From: a virus
Taxonomy: Duplodnaviria > Caudoviricetes
Virus record (IMG/VR): IMGVR_UViG_3300005611_000014
Span: 6,080 to 70,079 of that record
DNA: 64,000 nucleotides
Strand: one strand, 5' to 3'
Shown here: positions 54,791 through 63,161 of the stretch, one piece after another
How the letters are laid out: each line of letters starts with the position of its first letter
Position numbering within the stretch: the first letter of the stretch is position 1
The notes under the pieces: generated by a model
Seen by the model: only the letters and a program-made list of their open reading frames with translations
Database searches by the model: none
Told to the model about the DNA's origin: nothing
Position numbers and translations under genes: made by a program

Positions 54791-55518
54791 AAGAATTAAC
54801 CCAAATAATAGAAGAAGATTTACTTCCTGCTTCTGTAAAGAAAGAAGTAATTAGTAATATTGATAAGATAGGTAATTTTACTGAATTAGAGACAGATATA
54901 TTAGTTACTTTATTAATTAAAGATAAGAGTGTGTCTATTCAACAACTATTTGGTCTACGTAAGATAGAACAAGTAAGTGCAGTAATAGAAGCGTTGGAAT
55001 CACTGGAACAACAAGAAATAATAGATATAAGAATAGTGTCTGAGAAAACTGTATTTATAGATTGTAAGTATGGTTTAGAAGGAGCTATTAAGGAGAAAGT
55101 AGATAATGCTATTTATCCTAAACCTTTGATTATTAAGCCTAAAAATATTAGTAGTGTTAAAGCTAAGATTGGTTTAAGTAGTGATAAAGAAAGCATATTT
55201 ACTAGAGGACATGATCCTTTTAGAAGGAAAACTGTACCTTTAAATGTAATTAATATCTTACAACAGACAGCCTTTACACTAGATGAAGTAGTGTGTAGTA
55301 CGCCTGAAAGAAATAAGAAGTTATTTACTAAGAAACAGATTGCTGCAGAGGAACAGCATAATGAAGAAACCAAGAAAGTTGTAGATTACCTTATGGAAAA
55401 CGGTAATGAGTTCTACTTTAAATGGAAATATTGTCATAGAGGAAGAATGTATCCTAGTGGTTATCACATTAACCCTCAAGGTACTGAGTACAAGAAAGCA
55501 ATGTTAAATCTTAAATAA
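54784..55518 (+). CDS. RNA polymerase II subunit 1 (N4 gp15-like)
   Basis: FYFKWKYCHRGRMYPSGYHINPQG...KAML (T/DxxGR motif region). Directly upstream of the second subunit. Confidence 0.85.
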   Translation: MLKELTQIIEEDLLPASVKKEVISNIDKIGNFTELETDILVTLLIKDKSVSIQQLFGLRKIEQVSAVIEALESLEQQEIIDIRIVSEKTVFIDCKYGLEGAIKEKVDNAIYPKPLIIKPKNISSVKAKIGLSSDKESIFTRGHDPFRRKTVPLNVINILQQTAFTLDEVVCSTPERNKKLFTKKQIAAEEQHNEETKKVVDYLMENGNEFYFKWKYCHRGRMYPSGYHINPQGTEYKKAMLNLK

Positions 55519-55531
55519 TTGGAGAAGTGTC

Positions 55532-56527
55532 ATGCAATCAATAGAACAGTATACAAACCAGCAGTATATCGAAATATGTTTAGCAAATACGGTTAGAGGT
55601 ATGGATAGAAAGACTTGGACTAAACGTCTAGGTCTAGCGTATGAAATACTAAATAAAGATTGCTCTGTAGCTGAGCTGTTAGCAGAGTATGACGTAAAAG
55701 AACCAATCATGTTTAGAAAGATTTATTCATATATTAAATCCAATAAACCTGTAGGTGAGTTTACTGGATCGTTGGATTTCACAGCTAGTGGTTTGCAGTT
55801 ATTAGCAATTGGTACAGGATGTATTAAAACAGCCGAGAGAACCAATTTAATCTTCACCAATAACCGTGAAGATGCGTATGAGTATGCTGCAAAAGAAATG
55901 ACGGAGACACTAGGAGAAGAGGTCACAAGGGATATTATTAAAAATCCTTTAATGACTACGTTCTACGGCAGTACTCAAAAGCCTTTAGAGTTGTTAGGTC
56001 AAGAGGCAATGCCTGCTTATCAAGACTTACTAGAGAATAGCTTCACAGGAGCGTATTTAGGCTTCCAGTTAATTCAACAGTGTTGGAATAAAGAAACCAC
56101 TAGTCATGAGTTCTATATGCCTGATGGTTTCCATGTAGTACTTCCGGTAACGGAAGTGAAGACAGTGGAAATAGAGTATGAGAAGTGGGGCGTTAAGATT
56201 CCATATTCTTACTCTGTAGAAACCAAGCAAGATAAAGGTATTAGTCTTGCTGCTAATGTAGTTCAAGCTATGGATGGCTATGTATGCAGGGAAATAATAC
56301 GAGAATTGCATGAAGATGGTGTTCCAGTATGGCCTATTCATGACTGTTTCATGGTTAAGATAAAGCACATGGAGCATTTAAGACTAGTGGCTAGAAAAGT
56401 ACTAGCAAAAGTATGTAAGCAGAATCTGCTAGTAGATATATTAAGTCAATTAACAGGAGAAGATCAGGACTTTGAGAAAGTAGATTTAAGCCAATCAATA
56501 GAAATGGCTGAATACATATTATCTTAA
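55532..56527 (+). CDS. RNA polymerase II subunit 2 (N4 gp16-like)
   Basis: Motif A LDFTASGLQLL, motif B RDIIKNPLMTTFYGS, AANVVQAMDG and motif C PIHDCF. Confidence 0.92.
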   Translation: MQSIEQYTNQQYIEICLANTVRGMDRKTWTKRLGLAYEILNKDCSVAELLAEYDVKEPIMFRKIYSYIKSNKPVGEFTGSLDFTASGLQLLAIGTGCIKTAERTNLIFTNNREDAYEYAAKEMTETLGEEVTRDIIKNPLMTTFYGSTQKPLELLGQEAMPAYQDLLENSFTGAYLGFQLIQQCWNKETTSHEFYMPDGFHVVLPVTEVKTVEIEYEKWGVKIPYSYSVETKQDKGISLAANVVQAMDGYVCREIIRELHEDGVPVWPIHDCFMVKIKHMEHLRLVARKVLAKVCKQNLLVDILSQLTGEDQDFEKVDLSQSIEMAEYILS

Positions 56528-56555
56528 ATTACCCAGTCTTTACCCTTTACCTAAA

Positions 56556-56599
56556 GCGCATGTACAAATAGTAAAATATTTGTATGTGTGTCTTTTTTT
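56556..56599 (+). terminator. Terminator after the RNAP II genes
   Basis: TACAAATA GTAAAA TATTTGTA core stem, extended by G-U pairs and followed by TTTTTTT. Confidence 0.65.
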
Positions 56600-56742
56600 C
56601 TATAGATTTATAGAAAGTAGTAAACCTGAAAGACTAAAATGACGTTTTTTATAATCCAGACGGCATACAGACTATAGACTAACTACTGTTTTTTCTCTTC
56701 TTTTTTCCTGTTTTTAAATAACAAATATAAAGGTATAAAATC

Positions 56743-56904
56743 ATGAAAGAAAAACCAAATACTAACCTATTAGGTAAAGGCGTTCAGACATTAAGAAGTA
56801 ATGAAGCTCTCTCTTCCGGTCATATCTTTAATCAAAAAGAAAAAGACAGACAAAGAGAAATTCTACGTCAACAAACTGAAGAGTTTTATAGGAGAAAACA
56901 ATGA
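56743..56904 (+). CDS. Small hypothetical protein, 53 aa (not in the ORF track)
   Basis: AAGGT RBS, MKEKPNTNLLGKG...EEFYRRKQ, and ATGA overlap with the next gene. Confidence 0.55.
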   Translation: MKEKPNTNLLGKGVQTLRSNEALSSGHIFNQKEKDRQREILRQQTEEFYRRKQ

Positions 56905-57092
56905 TTACTCTTAGTAAAAATAAAGTAAATACACAATTTAAAGAACTAAATAAAAAGAAACTTATTACCGTTTTAGGTGAATTAGACAGTACAGGACACG
57001 TGGTAGATACGTATGAAATACCTACTGCTTGGCTTACTAGTGAAACAAATATGTCTGTTAAAGTAGATAGACAGATATTTACAAAGGTGTGA
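56901..57092 (+). CDS. Hypothetical protein
   Basis: RBS AGGAG and ATGA coupling. Confidence 0.6.
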   Translation: MITLSKNKVNTQFKELNKKKLITVLGELDSTGHVVDTYEIPTAWLTSETNMSVKVDRQIFTKV

Positions 57093-57093
57093 T

Positions 57094-57600
57094 ATGAAAA
57101 AATTAACTCTAGTCTTAGAAATGGAAATTGAAACAACACCTGTTGCTAAGGCTAGAGCTAGACACCGGGTAGTGAATACTAAAGCCGGGGGATCATTTGT
57201 AAGTACCTATACTCCTACTAAGACGAGAGATTTTGAAGCATTGGTTCATCGCTGCGCTAAAGATGCTATGAAAGCCAATGCGCCAGCAACAGAACCAATT
57301 TGTTTAAATATCTTATTTACTTTCGCTGCTCCAACTAGTTTTCCTGCTTATATAAAAGAATGGATAAAAGCATCAATTATAGGACACACAAAGAAACCAG
57401 ACTTAGATAACTTAGTAAAAGCTATTAAAGACGGGTTAAATAAGGTGGCTTGGGTTGATGATAGTCAAGTTATACGGATGGAAGTAGAAAAACATTACGG
57501 TGAAAAAGACTTAATACAAGTAGAAGTATTCACTGTAGATAAGTTGTCATATGTAGGGCAAACCAAACAAATAATGGAAAGCTTACTCGCTAAACTTTAG
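57094..57600 (+). CDS. rusA: RusA-family Holliday junction resolvase
   Basis: PVAKARAR, TYTPTKTRDFE and KKPDLDNLVKAIKDGLNKVAWVDDSQV with the catalytic Asp residues. Confidence 0.88.
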   Translation: MKKLTLVLEMEIETTPVAKARARHRVVNTKAGGSFVSTYTPTKTRDFEALVHRCAKDAMKANAPATEPICLNILFTFAAPTSFPAYIKEWIKASIIGHTKKPDLDNLVKAIKDGLNKVAWVDDSQVIRMEVEKHYGEKDLIQVEVFTVDKLSYVGQTKQIMESLLAKL

Positions 57601-57610
57601 GAATTACGCT

Positions 57611-57832
57611 ATGAGTCATGAATTAGCGATAGACCTCTTATTAGAGGAAATTTATATAATTACGTTGCGGCTAGAAGTTATAGATGCACGACTAGAAAAA
57701 GCTACAACATGTGAAAATGTAGAAGACAGAGCATACAGAGAGATAGCTTGTATGAACCAACAAGCAAGATGCTTTGATCGTATCAATACCTTAACAGAGA
57801 GTATACATGCTCTAAGGAAATGTGATGTTTAG
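57611..57832 (+). CDS. Hypothetical protein
   Basis: 73-aa ORF with a TAGGA RBS in the co-directional gene run. Confidence 0.55.
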   Translation: MSHELAIDLLLEEIYIITLRLEVIDARLEKATTCENVEDRAYREIACMNQQARCFDRINTLTESIHALRKCDV

Positions 57833-58022
57833 AGGGTATGTATATAGAACTCCTTTAGTTAAAACAGCGTCTACGCCTCTTAGATTTGCAGATATTACTT
57901 TATATACTGCTGAGGAATTTAATGAACTAACAGATAAGCAGAAGGCCAGAATAGTAAAAATACAAGCTGCAGATAAAGGCGTTCTTGAAACAATATTTGG
58001 GAAAGAATCGTGCACAACTTAG
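57822..58022 (+). CDS. Hypothetical protein
   Basis: 66-aa ORF overlapping neighbours on both sides. Confidence 0.45.
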   Translation: MMFRGYVYRTPLVKTASTPLRFADITLYTAEEFNELTDKQKARIVKIQAADKGVLETIFGKESCTT

Positions 58023-58198
58023 AAACAATTTGTGTTTTTCTTCTTCTTTTTTGCTTCGCATTTTTAGCAGGTGCAACACTTTATCAAGATGCAGAGTATA
58101 AACGTCAACTTATTGCTGCTATTAAAGATAAAGGTAATAGTGAACCTAACGAAGTGCTAGATCCTATTTTAGACAAACTAATCAAGAAGGAAGAATAG
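58010..58198 (+). CDS. Small protein with one N-terminal TM helix
   Basis: ICVFLLLFCFAFLAGATLY followed by a charged tail. Confidence 0.55.
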   Translation: MHNLETICVFLLLFCFAFLAGATLYQDAEYKRQLIAAIKDKGNSEPNEVLDPILDKLIKKEE

Positions 58199-58199
58199 T

Positions 58200-58382
58200 A
58201 TGAGTGACTATACTAGTGTCCAGATTAAACGAGTACTGAATAACTTAACGCCTACTGATCAAATTACTTTAATAATGGCGAGCCAAAAAGTTAAAACAAA
58301 AACTTTAAACATCAGCACAGCTCAAGCCGAGGCTATTTATGAAATCCTTACCAACAAAGAAAGATGCCAAGATAATCCTTGA
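58200..58382 (+). CDS. Hypothetical protein
   Basis: AAGGAAG RBS, 60-aa ORF. Confidence 0.5.
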   Translation: MSDYTSVQIKRVLNNLTPTDQITLIMASQKVKTKTLNISTAQAEAIYEILTNKERCQDNP

Positions 58383-58860
58383 AATACTATATGCAATAGA
58401 CGGTATAGTGTTTTCCTCTGTCCAAGAAGCCTGCAAACATTACAAAATAGATCCTTCTACGTTCTATAAACGTCTAGCTAGAGGTATGAATACTTACGCA
58501 GCAATGACCACTACACCTGAAAAAGCAATTAAAAAGCGGTGGTCAGCAGAAGAGATAAATTATCTTAAAACCATGGCAGTACATAAGACAGCTAAGCAAA
58601 TAGCTTATTTCTTAGAACGTAGTCCTAAGAGTGTAGAACGCAAAGCACAGAATTTAAACATCTCTCTTGCTCCGCGCAAAGTAGAGTGGACAGATTTAAA
58701 TCCAACGCAACGTATGTTCTTAGTGGACTTAATAGATTGTGGTCATAGTTTATCCACTATTAAACAGAATCTATACCCTATGTTCACAATAGAATACTTA
58801 CAGAAGCAGTATAACAAAACTATGAATGAGGCAATGAATAATGTACGCAATACGTTCTAA
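58339..58860 (+). CDS. Multi-HTH DNA-binding protein
   Basis: IDGIVFSSVQEACKHYKIDPSTFYKRL (small HTH), then RWSAEEINYLKTMAVHKTAKQIAYFLERSPKSVERKA (Myb/GcrA-like HTH). Confidence 0.65.
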   Translation: MKSLPTKKDAKIILEILYAIDGIVFSSVQEACKHYKIDPSTFYKRLARGMNTYAAMTTTPEKAIKKRWSAEEINYLKTMAVHKTAKQIAYFLERSPKSVERKAQNLNISLAPRKVEWTDLNPTQRMFLVDLIDCGHSLSTIKQNLYPMFTIEYLQKQYNKTMNEAMNNVRNTF

Positions 58861-58972
58861 CGGTTTATGGGTTATTAGATACCTTAACGCTAATGGCGAA
58901 GTTAATGAAGTTGCTGGTAAAGATTTAGTAGCAACAGTAGCTCTTTTATTTAGAAGTTATAACTATGTCTGA
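58841..58972 (+). CDS. Small hypothetical protein, 43 aa (not in the ORF track)
   Basis: GAGG RBS, MYAIRSNGLWVIRYLNANGEVNEVAGKDLVATVALLFRSYNYV. Fills the gap between neighbours and overlaps both. Confidence 0.5.
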   Translation: MYAIRSNGLWVIRYLNANGEVNEVAGKDLVATVALLFRSYNYV

Positions 58973-59321
58973 ACAGTCTTTATATAAGAACCTACAACAC
59001 TTAGTAGTTAAAGCTAAACATGAAGAGTTGCTTAGAATATGTAGCAAACACACTAATGTCCTTAACTACTATAAACACTTAGCTGAAACAAATAAGAATA
59101 CAAAGAAACATATTAATAAGATAGCTGCAGAAGTTAAATGTAGATTACGTCAATGCTCTGTTATTTATTTACTATTTACCGTAGACGGTGAACACACTAC
59201 TACTGCTAAACAAGCTAAAGCAGAAAGATTAATGGATCAAGGATATGACCTAGTAGGTACGTATACTTATCCTTTTTCTGCACAAGATTGTAAAGATGAT
59301 ATTGCTTGTTTCCTTTCTTAA
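58965..59321 (+). CDS. Hypothetical protein
   Basis: 118-aa ORF in the co-directional gene run. Confidence 0.6.
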   Translation: MSEQSLYKNLQHLVVKAKHEELLRICSKHTNVLNYYKHLAETNKNTKKHINKIAAEVKCRLRQCSVIYLLFTVDGEHTTTAKQAKAERLMDQGYDLVGTYTYPFSAQDCKDDIACFLS

Positions 59322-59338
59322 AATTTACAGGAGTTTTT

Positions 59339-59722
59339 ATGGATTACGATTTGATGCTTGCGCTTATTGAAGCCAAGAAAAACAATAAGCCTATTTACTA
59401 TAGAAAAAAGGGTTCAAACAACTGGATACGTTTACCTGTGGAGGAATCTTTTGATTTTATTCATATGGATTACTCAATGGAACCAGTTATTCCTAAACTG
59501 CTGTATGTGAATATCTACTCCGATGGAGAAATATACGCACACACTTCTGAAGAGAATGCTGCAATAAACGCAGACATTACTACAAACGCAGTGTATTCAG
59601 AAGAATATATAGCTTTGCGTACAGTACAGCCGTTAATTGAACACCTTGTTACTGATCCGGTTATGTTACCGTGTCATATAGATGCTGCGCTAAATGTAGT
59701 GCTAGGAGCTATTCGTGGGTAG
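59339..59722 (+). CDS. Hypothetical protein with a common phage N-terminal domain (paralogue of 60383-60703)
   Basis: ATG 59339 behind CAGGAG (track start 59306). ALIEAKKNNKPIYYRKKGSNNW...FDFIHMDYSMEP. Confidence 0.65.
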   Translation: MDYDLMLALIEAKKNNKPIYYRKKGSNNWIRLPVEESFDFIHMDYSMEPVIPKLLYVNIYSDGEIYAHTSEENAAINADITTNAVYSEEYIALRTVQPLIEHLVTDPVMLPCHIDAALNVVLGAIRG

Positions 59723-60386
59723 TATAAATATTCGTGATGCTGTAATGGACTCTCTAGTTTATCTAGAAAATACAAATACATTGGATGAAATAGTAGCAGA
59801 GCAGGTTACTGAACTAATTAAAGAAACTATACGTGAATCCTTGAAATCGTATAATCCAGTAGGTAGTGCGATACAGGATTCTATTAAAGAAGCTATGAAT
59901 AGTAGTGCAGCTAGTTTAGATTTACCTAGCTATAACGTGTATATAGCTCAACTGGTTAATGATTGCTTTACCGACACTTTGCAAAAAGAAGGAAAAGAAC
60001 ACCTTCAACAACTGATTGCTAATACTGTTGGTAATGTACCTGTCAGTTCTACTTTTACTTCCTTACTTGAAGAAATACAAACAAAAATGGAAACTTTTGC
60101 AGGAGGAGAAATAAAAGAAGAAACAAATGAAGATGCGTCAGCAATCTATTTAACTATTCCTGATGAGTACAATGAATCAATTAAAGTTAGTCTTTTTAAC
60201 TTTAGTACAGAGAATAAAAACCATTACCGTATTTGCTATATAAGTACTAATAGAGATGTGATTACAGGTTTTACTGCAAATAGAGTTTCTACCTATCGCT
60301 CAGAATTAGTTAATCGCCTTTACGCTTATTATGCTAAAGGTACGCTCTTTGAGAAAGACCACAACGTACAGGGGAGCCTACCATGA
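59715..60386 (+). CDS. Hypothetical protein
   Basis: 223-aa ORF with GTG start behind AGGAG. VKDIV-like N-terminal helical region (IKETIRESLKSY). Family not recognised. Confidence 0.65.
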   Translation: MGSINIRDAVMDSLVYLENTNTLDEIVAEQVTELIKETIRESLKSYNPVGSAIQDSIKEAMNSSAASLDLPSYNVYIAQLVNDCFTDTLQKEGKEHLQQLIANTVGNVPVSSTFTSLLEEIQTKMETFAGGEIKEETNEDASAIYLTIPDEYNESIKVSLFNFSTENKNHYRICYISTNRDVITGFTANRVSTYRSELVNRLYAYYAKGTLFEKDHNVQGSLP

Positions 60387-60703
60387 ATATGAGTATAGAT
60401 GACATGATCATCGTATTGGAAGCCTATAAATTAGGTAGACCGATACAAAAAAGAGCACCTAGTATTTCTGAATGGACGAACGTGCTTGAAAATTATGAGG
60501 AAGAGTTTGACTTTCAGTACTACGAGTATCGTGTGAAACCTGAACCACGTTACGAGGTTAGGACTATTGCCGATAAACAGTACGTAGACATTCAAGCTTT
60601 GAGGGACGTACTTCCTTTGATAGCAGTAGTAGGTTTACCTTCAGAACATGTTTTTAAACATATTAAGGAGGCAATAGACAGTGCTAACTCTGAAACAGAT
60701 TAA
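60383..60703 (+). CDS. Hypothetical protein (paralogue of 59339-59722)
   Basis: IIVLEAYKLGRPIQKR...EW...FDFQYYEYRVKPEP. GGGGAG RBS. Confidence 0.65.
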   Translation: MNMSIDDMIIVLEAYKLGRPIQKRAPSISEWTNVLENYEEEFDFQYYEYRVKPEPRYEVRTIADKQYVDIQALRDVLPLIAVVGLPSEHVFKHIKEAIDSANSETD

Positions 60704-61025
60704 TGATCACATGACTCGCCCTAAATCTAGGCTGTTGGCTTCAGATGGTTGGGGTGATACATCATTAGATATAAGCCATAGTAATACCAATACATTTTAC
60801 ACAGGCGAAGTTGAATCCTTATTTGAATTAAGGGTAACAACTAGGTTAATAACACCAGCACCTTATGATCATAGAGTCAGTAAGTATGCTGCCGAGGCTA
60901 TCCATAAGCATTTATTTCATGATTTAGAAGAAAGACTCCTTATAGTCAGACATAGAATGAACTTCTGTACTAAAGACGAAGCCATGCAATTATTGGATCA
61001 ATTAATTAATGATATAAAAGGATAA
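60681..61025 (+). CDS. Hypothetical protein
   Basis: 114-aa ORF with GTG start behind AAGGAGG. Confidence 0.6.
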   Translation: MLTLKQINDHMTRPKSRLLASDGWGDTSLDISHSNTNTFYTGEVESLFELRVTTRLITPAPYDHRVSKYAAEAIHKHLFHDLEERLLIVRHRMNFCTKDEAMQLLDQLINDIKG

Positions 61026-61031
61026 ACCGTA

Positions 61032-61232
61032 ATGGCGAATCTTTACTATTACCGATGGAAAGTAGAACTTTATGTAACAGGTTCTGCTCATAAGCGTATT
61101 TATACAGGTTCTGTCCAAGCAGGACGAAAATTCACAAAAGAAGAAGTCTTCGATTTAGTTAAAGAAATGCATCATGGACTACTTGATGCAGCAACTCTAC
61201 TAGAAGTAACCCAAGTAAATAAGGCTTCTTAA
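61032..61232 (+). CDS. Hypothetical protein
   Basis: AAGGA RBS, 66-aa ORF. Confidence 0.6.
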   Translation: MANLYYYRWKVELYVTGSAHKRIYTGSVQAGRKFTKEEVFDLVKEMHHGLLDAATLLEVTQVNKAS

Positions 61233-61720
61233 ACTAATCTCGCTGGCCTGCGGATAGGTGATGGTGCTGACCTAGCTTTGCCAAAAGCTGAAGAGTAGAC
61301 CCGTCAAAATTACCCTGACGTTAAGACTGATGAAAACGTATTCGTACCTTTCATCGAGGCTAGGTGTGGGAACCTAGCTACCTATTGAGCCATACAGCCC
61401 GAATCCCAATTTGGTTAAGACTGTATGGCAATAGTCCGTTGGAAAATAAAAAGTCAGTAAAGTTGCGTTCTAGTAGTGCGGTAATACTTTGCTGATGCCG
61501 TAAGGCATATACTAGATAAGGGCGCTCTTACATATCTGAGCCAAAGACGGCAATCAGGGTGCAAAGCCCTGTCCCTTTCTAGAGGTAGTTAGATAAGAGG
61601 AGACTACTGTGGCTACTACAGTCATAGAGATTGTTGCTCATTTGAGTGATTCTTAGTTTCCCGCCTCATTTTATGTAGGTCTCTGGTGAGAGTATTAAAT
61701 TCAATTCCAGTCGCCTACAC
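61233..61720 (+). ncRNA. Candidate large structured non-coding RNA (unassigned family)
   Basis: About 490 nt with no ORF in the track apart from the doubtful 5' extension of the next gene. At least eight hairpins or helices, including a GNRA and a TTCG loop. Strand is assumed from the flanking genes. Confidence 0.5.
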
Positions 61721-61763
61721 CCTATTTTTCTTCCTTTTTTCCTTTCTTATACGGAGGTACACA

Positions 61764-62294
61764 ATGCGTACAACTTCTCACTTATTACAACCTTCATCTA
61801 CTACAACAGACGCGCTTATTGCAGAAGCACAGCTTATTGCAGTAAATGATAGATTTTTCTATCAATGTTTGGGTGTAGAGGAAGCTAGAGAACAAAACGC
61901 CCTTCTTTTAGAAGAAGAAGTAAATATAGCGGTAAGAAAATGCGCAGACTTGCGTAAATACTCACCTATTTTAAAAAGAAACATAGATTTATTCACTCAA
62001 CAATTAAATCTACATTATGAATTATTAACTTATATCCCTAAAGAGGAAAAACCAATGCCTACTATTACACTTACTAACCACGAAGAAACTTCACCTTTAT
62101 CTACTGTACTTATTTGTGCAGGAAAACGCCTAGACGCTATGTCTGAAGGGGATATAGTGAATACTATTAACGATTATCAAAACCAAATAGACAAACTGAA
62201 AACAGTTAAAGTTAAATCAACAAAAATACAAAAATCTATCACTACTTTGCAAGCTCAACTTACAGAATTAGTTGCTGCTTACGATGCAATGTAG
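61764..62294 (+). CDS. Hypothetical protein, possibly two fused genes or two products
   Basis: ATG 61764 behind ACGGAGG (track GTG 61686 lies in non-coding structure). A second in-frame RBS/ATG sits at 62055. Confidence 0.65.
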   Translation: MRTTSHLLQPSSTTTDALIAEAQLIAVNDRFFYQCLGVEEAREQNALLLEEEVNIAVRKCADLRKYSPILKRNIDLFTQQLNLHYELLTYIPKEEKPMPTITLTNHEETSPLSTVLICAGKRLDAMSEGDIVNTINDYQNQIDKLKTVKVKSTKIQKSITTLQAQLTELVAAYDAM

Positions 62295-62321
62295 TTATTT
62301 TTTTTTTAATTGGGGAAAATC

Positions 62322-62595
62322 ATGTCAGAATTTAAATCCTTTAAACAAGCAGTAGATGCACAGTTAGTTTTAATGTCCAAAGATACATTATTTACTACAG
62401 ACGTAAGTAAAGATGAAATTTGGGATACTTACTTAAGTTCTTTTCCTGAAGGTACTAATCCTACCTTCAGAGAACGTACTGAGCATGATTGTACATGCTG
62501 TAAGCAGTTTAGCTGTACTTGAGCAAATTGAAAACAAAGAACTACTTAATTCTTCGGCTGACGATATTAAAAAACGTCTTGCAGAATTAGATTAA
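62322..62595 (+). pseudogene. Deletion remnant joining the 5' end of one conserved phage gene to the 3' end of another
   Basis: Frame A reads MSEFKSFKQAV...FPEGTNPTFRERTEHDCTCCKQF and stops shortly after. A different frame from 62512 reads AVLEQIENKELLNSSADDIKKRLAELD-stop with no start of its own. Confidence 0.6.
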
Positions 62596-62627
62596 TACTT
62601 TATTTTCTTACAGAGGAGTGCGTTCTA

Positions 62628-62810
62628 GTGGCTAAATACATTATATGGAGTGATCACATTGCAGGTGTTACTACTTACGAAGAATTAGTTAAGTTAGAAC
62701 AGCACACTTCTGTGTCTAGTGTGGTAAGTACAGATGATATAGAGCAATTAATTAATGCTATTCTTAACGAAACTGATCACTTATTGTATTTTAAGGAAAT
62801 AGATGAGTAA
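62628..62810 (+). CDS. Hypothetical protein
   Basis: GAGGAG RBS, GTG start, 60 aa. Confidence 0.6.
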   Translation: MAKYIIWSDHIAGVTTYEELVKLEQHTSVSSVVSTDDIEQLINAILNETDHLLYFKEIDE

Positions 62811-63138
62811 GTATAAACACTATTATTCTGAAGAAGAAGAAGCCGTAATTAAACAGTATGCAGGTAAAAAAACTGCTGCTGAAATAGGTTTAATGATCGG
62901 AAGGACACGCCACAGTGTCCTTAACTGGGCTTGCAAAAACAACGTAAGCCTGCGTCAAGTAGGCCAGTACCATTGTAAAGCCAAGCTGTCTGATATGCAG
63001 GCCCAAATGGTAACAATACTTGCCGATGCAGGTTATACGGATACAGAAATAAACAAAGCATGTTTTCAGCATGTTAGCAGAGGCTGTATTAGTAACATCA
63101 TGTCTGGTTCAAACAGACAAGTGTATGTAAACAAGTAG
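62803..63138 (+). CDS. Double-HTH DNA-binding protein
   Basis: YSEEEEAVIKQYAGKKTAAEIGLMIGRTRHSVLNWA, then KAKLSDMQAQMV...HVSRGCISNIMSG. Confidence 0.7.
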   Translation: MSKYKHYYSEEEEAVIKQYAGKKTAAEIGLMIGRTRHSVLNWACKNNVSLRQVGQYHCKAKLSDMQAQMVTILADAGYTDTEINKACFQHVSRGCISNIMSGSNRQVYVNK

Positions 63139-63161
63139 ACGTTTTGTCGGAGTAGAACTAT

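Noticed and set aside
61327-61360. CTGATGA, the hammerhead ribozyme core sequence
   Set aside because: No correctly placed GAAA or stem III/UH site follows, and the bases are better explained by the GATGAAA/TTTCATC helix.
61416-61437. AAGACTG...ATAGTCC resembling group I intron R/S elements
   Set aside because: These bases form part of a local 14-bp helix, no interrupted host gene flanks the region, and I could not build P3/P7.
61545-61720. tRNA-like T-arm fragments (GGGTGCAAAGCCC and TTCAATTCCAG)
   Set aside because: No acceptor stem, D-arm or anticodon arm at correct spacing, so no tRNA is called anywhere in the window.
61686-61763. Track N-terminal extension MRVLNSIPVAYTLFFFLFSFLIRRYT as a signal or TM segment
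   Set aside because: It is the translation of the T-rich leader. The strong GGAGG RBS points to ATG 61764.
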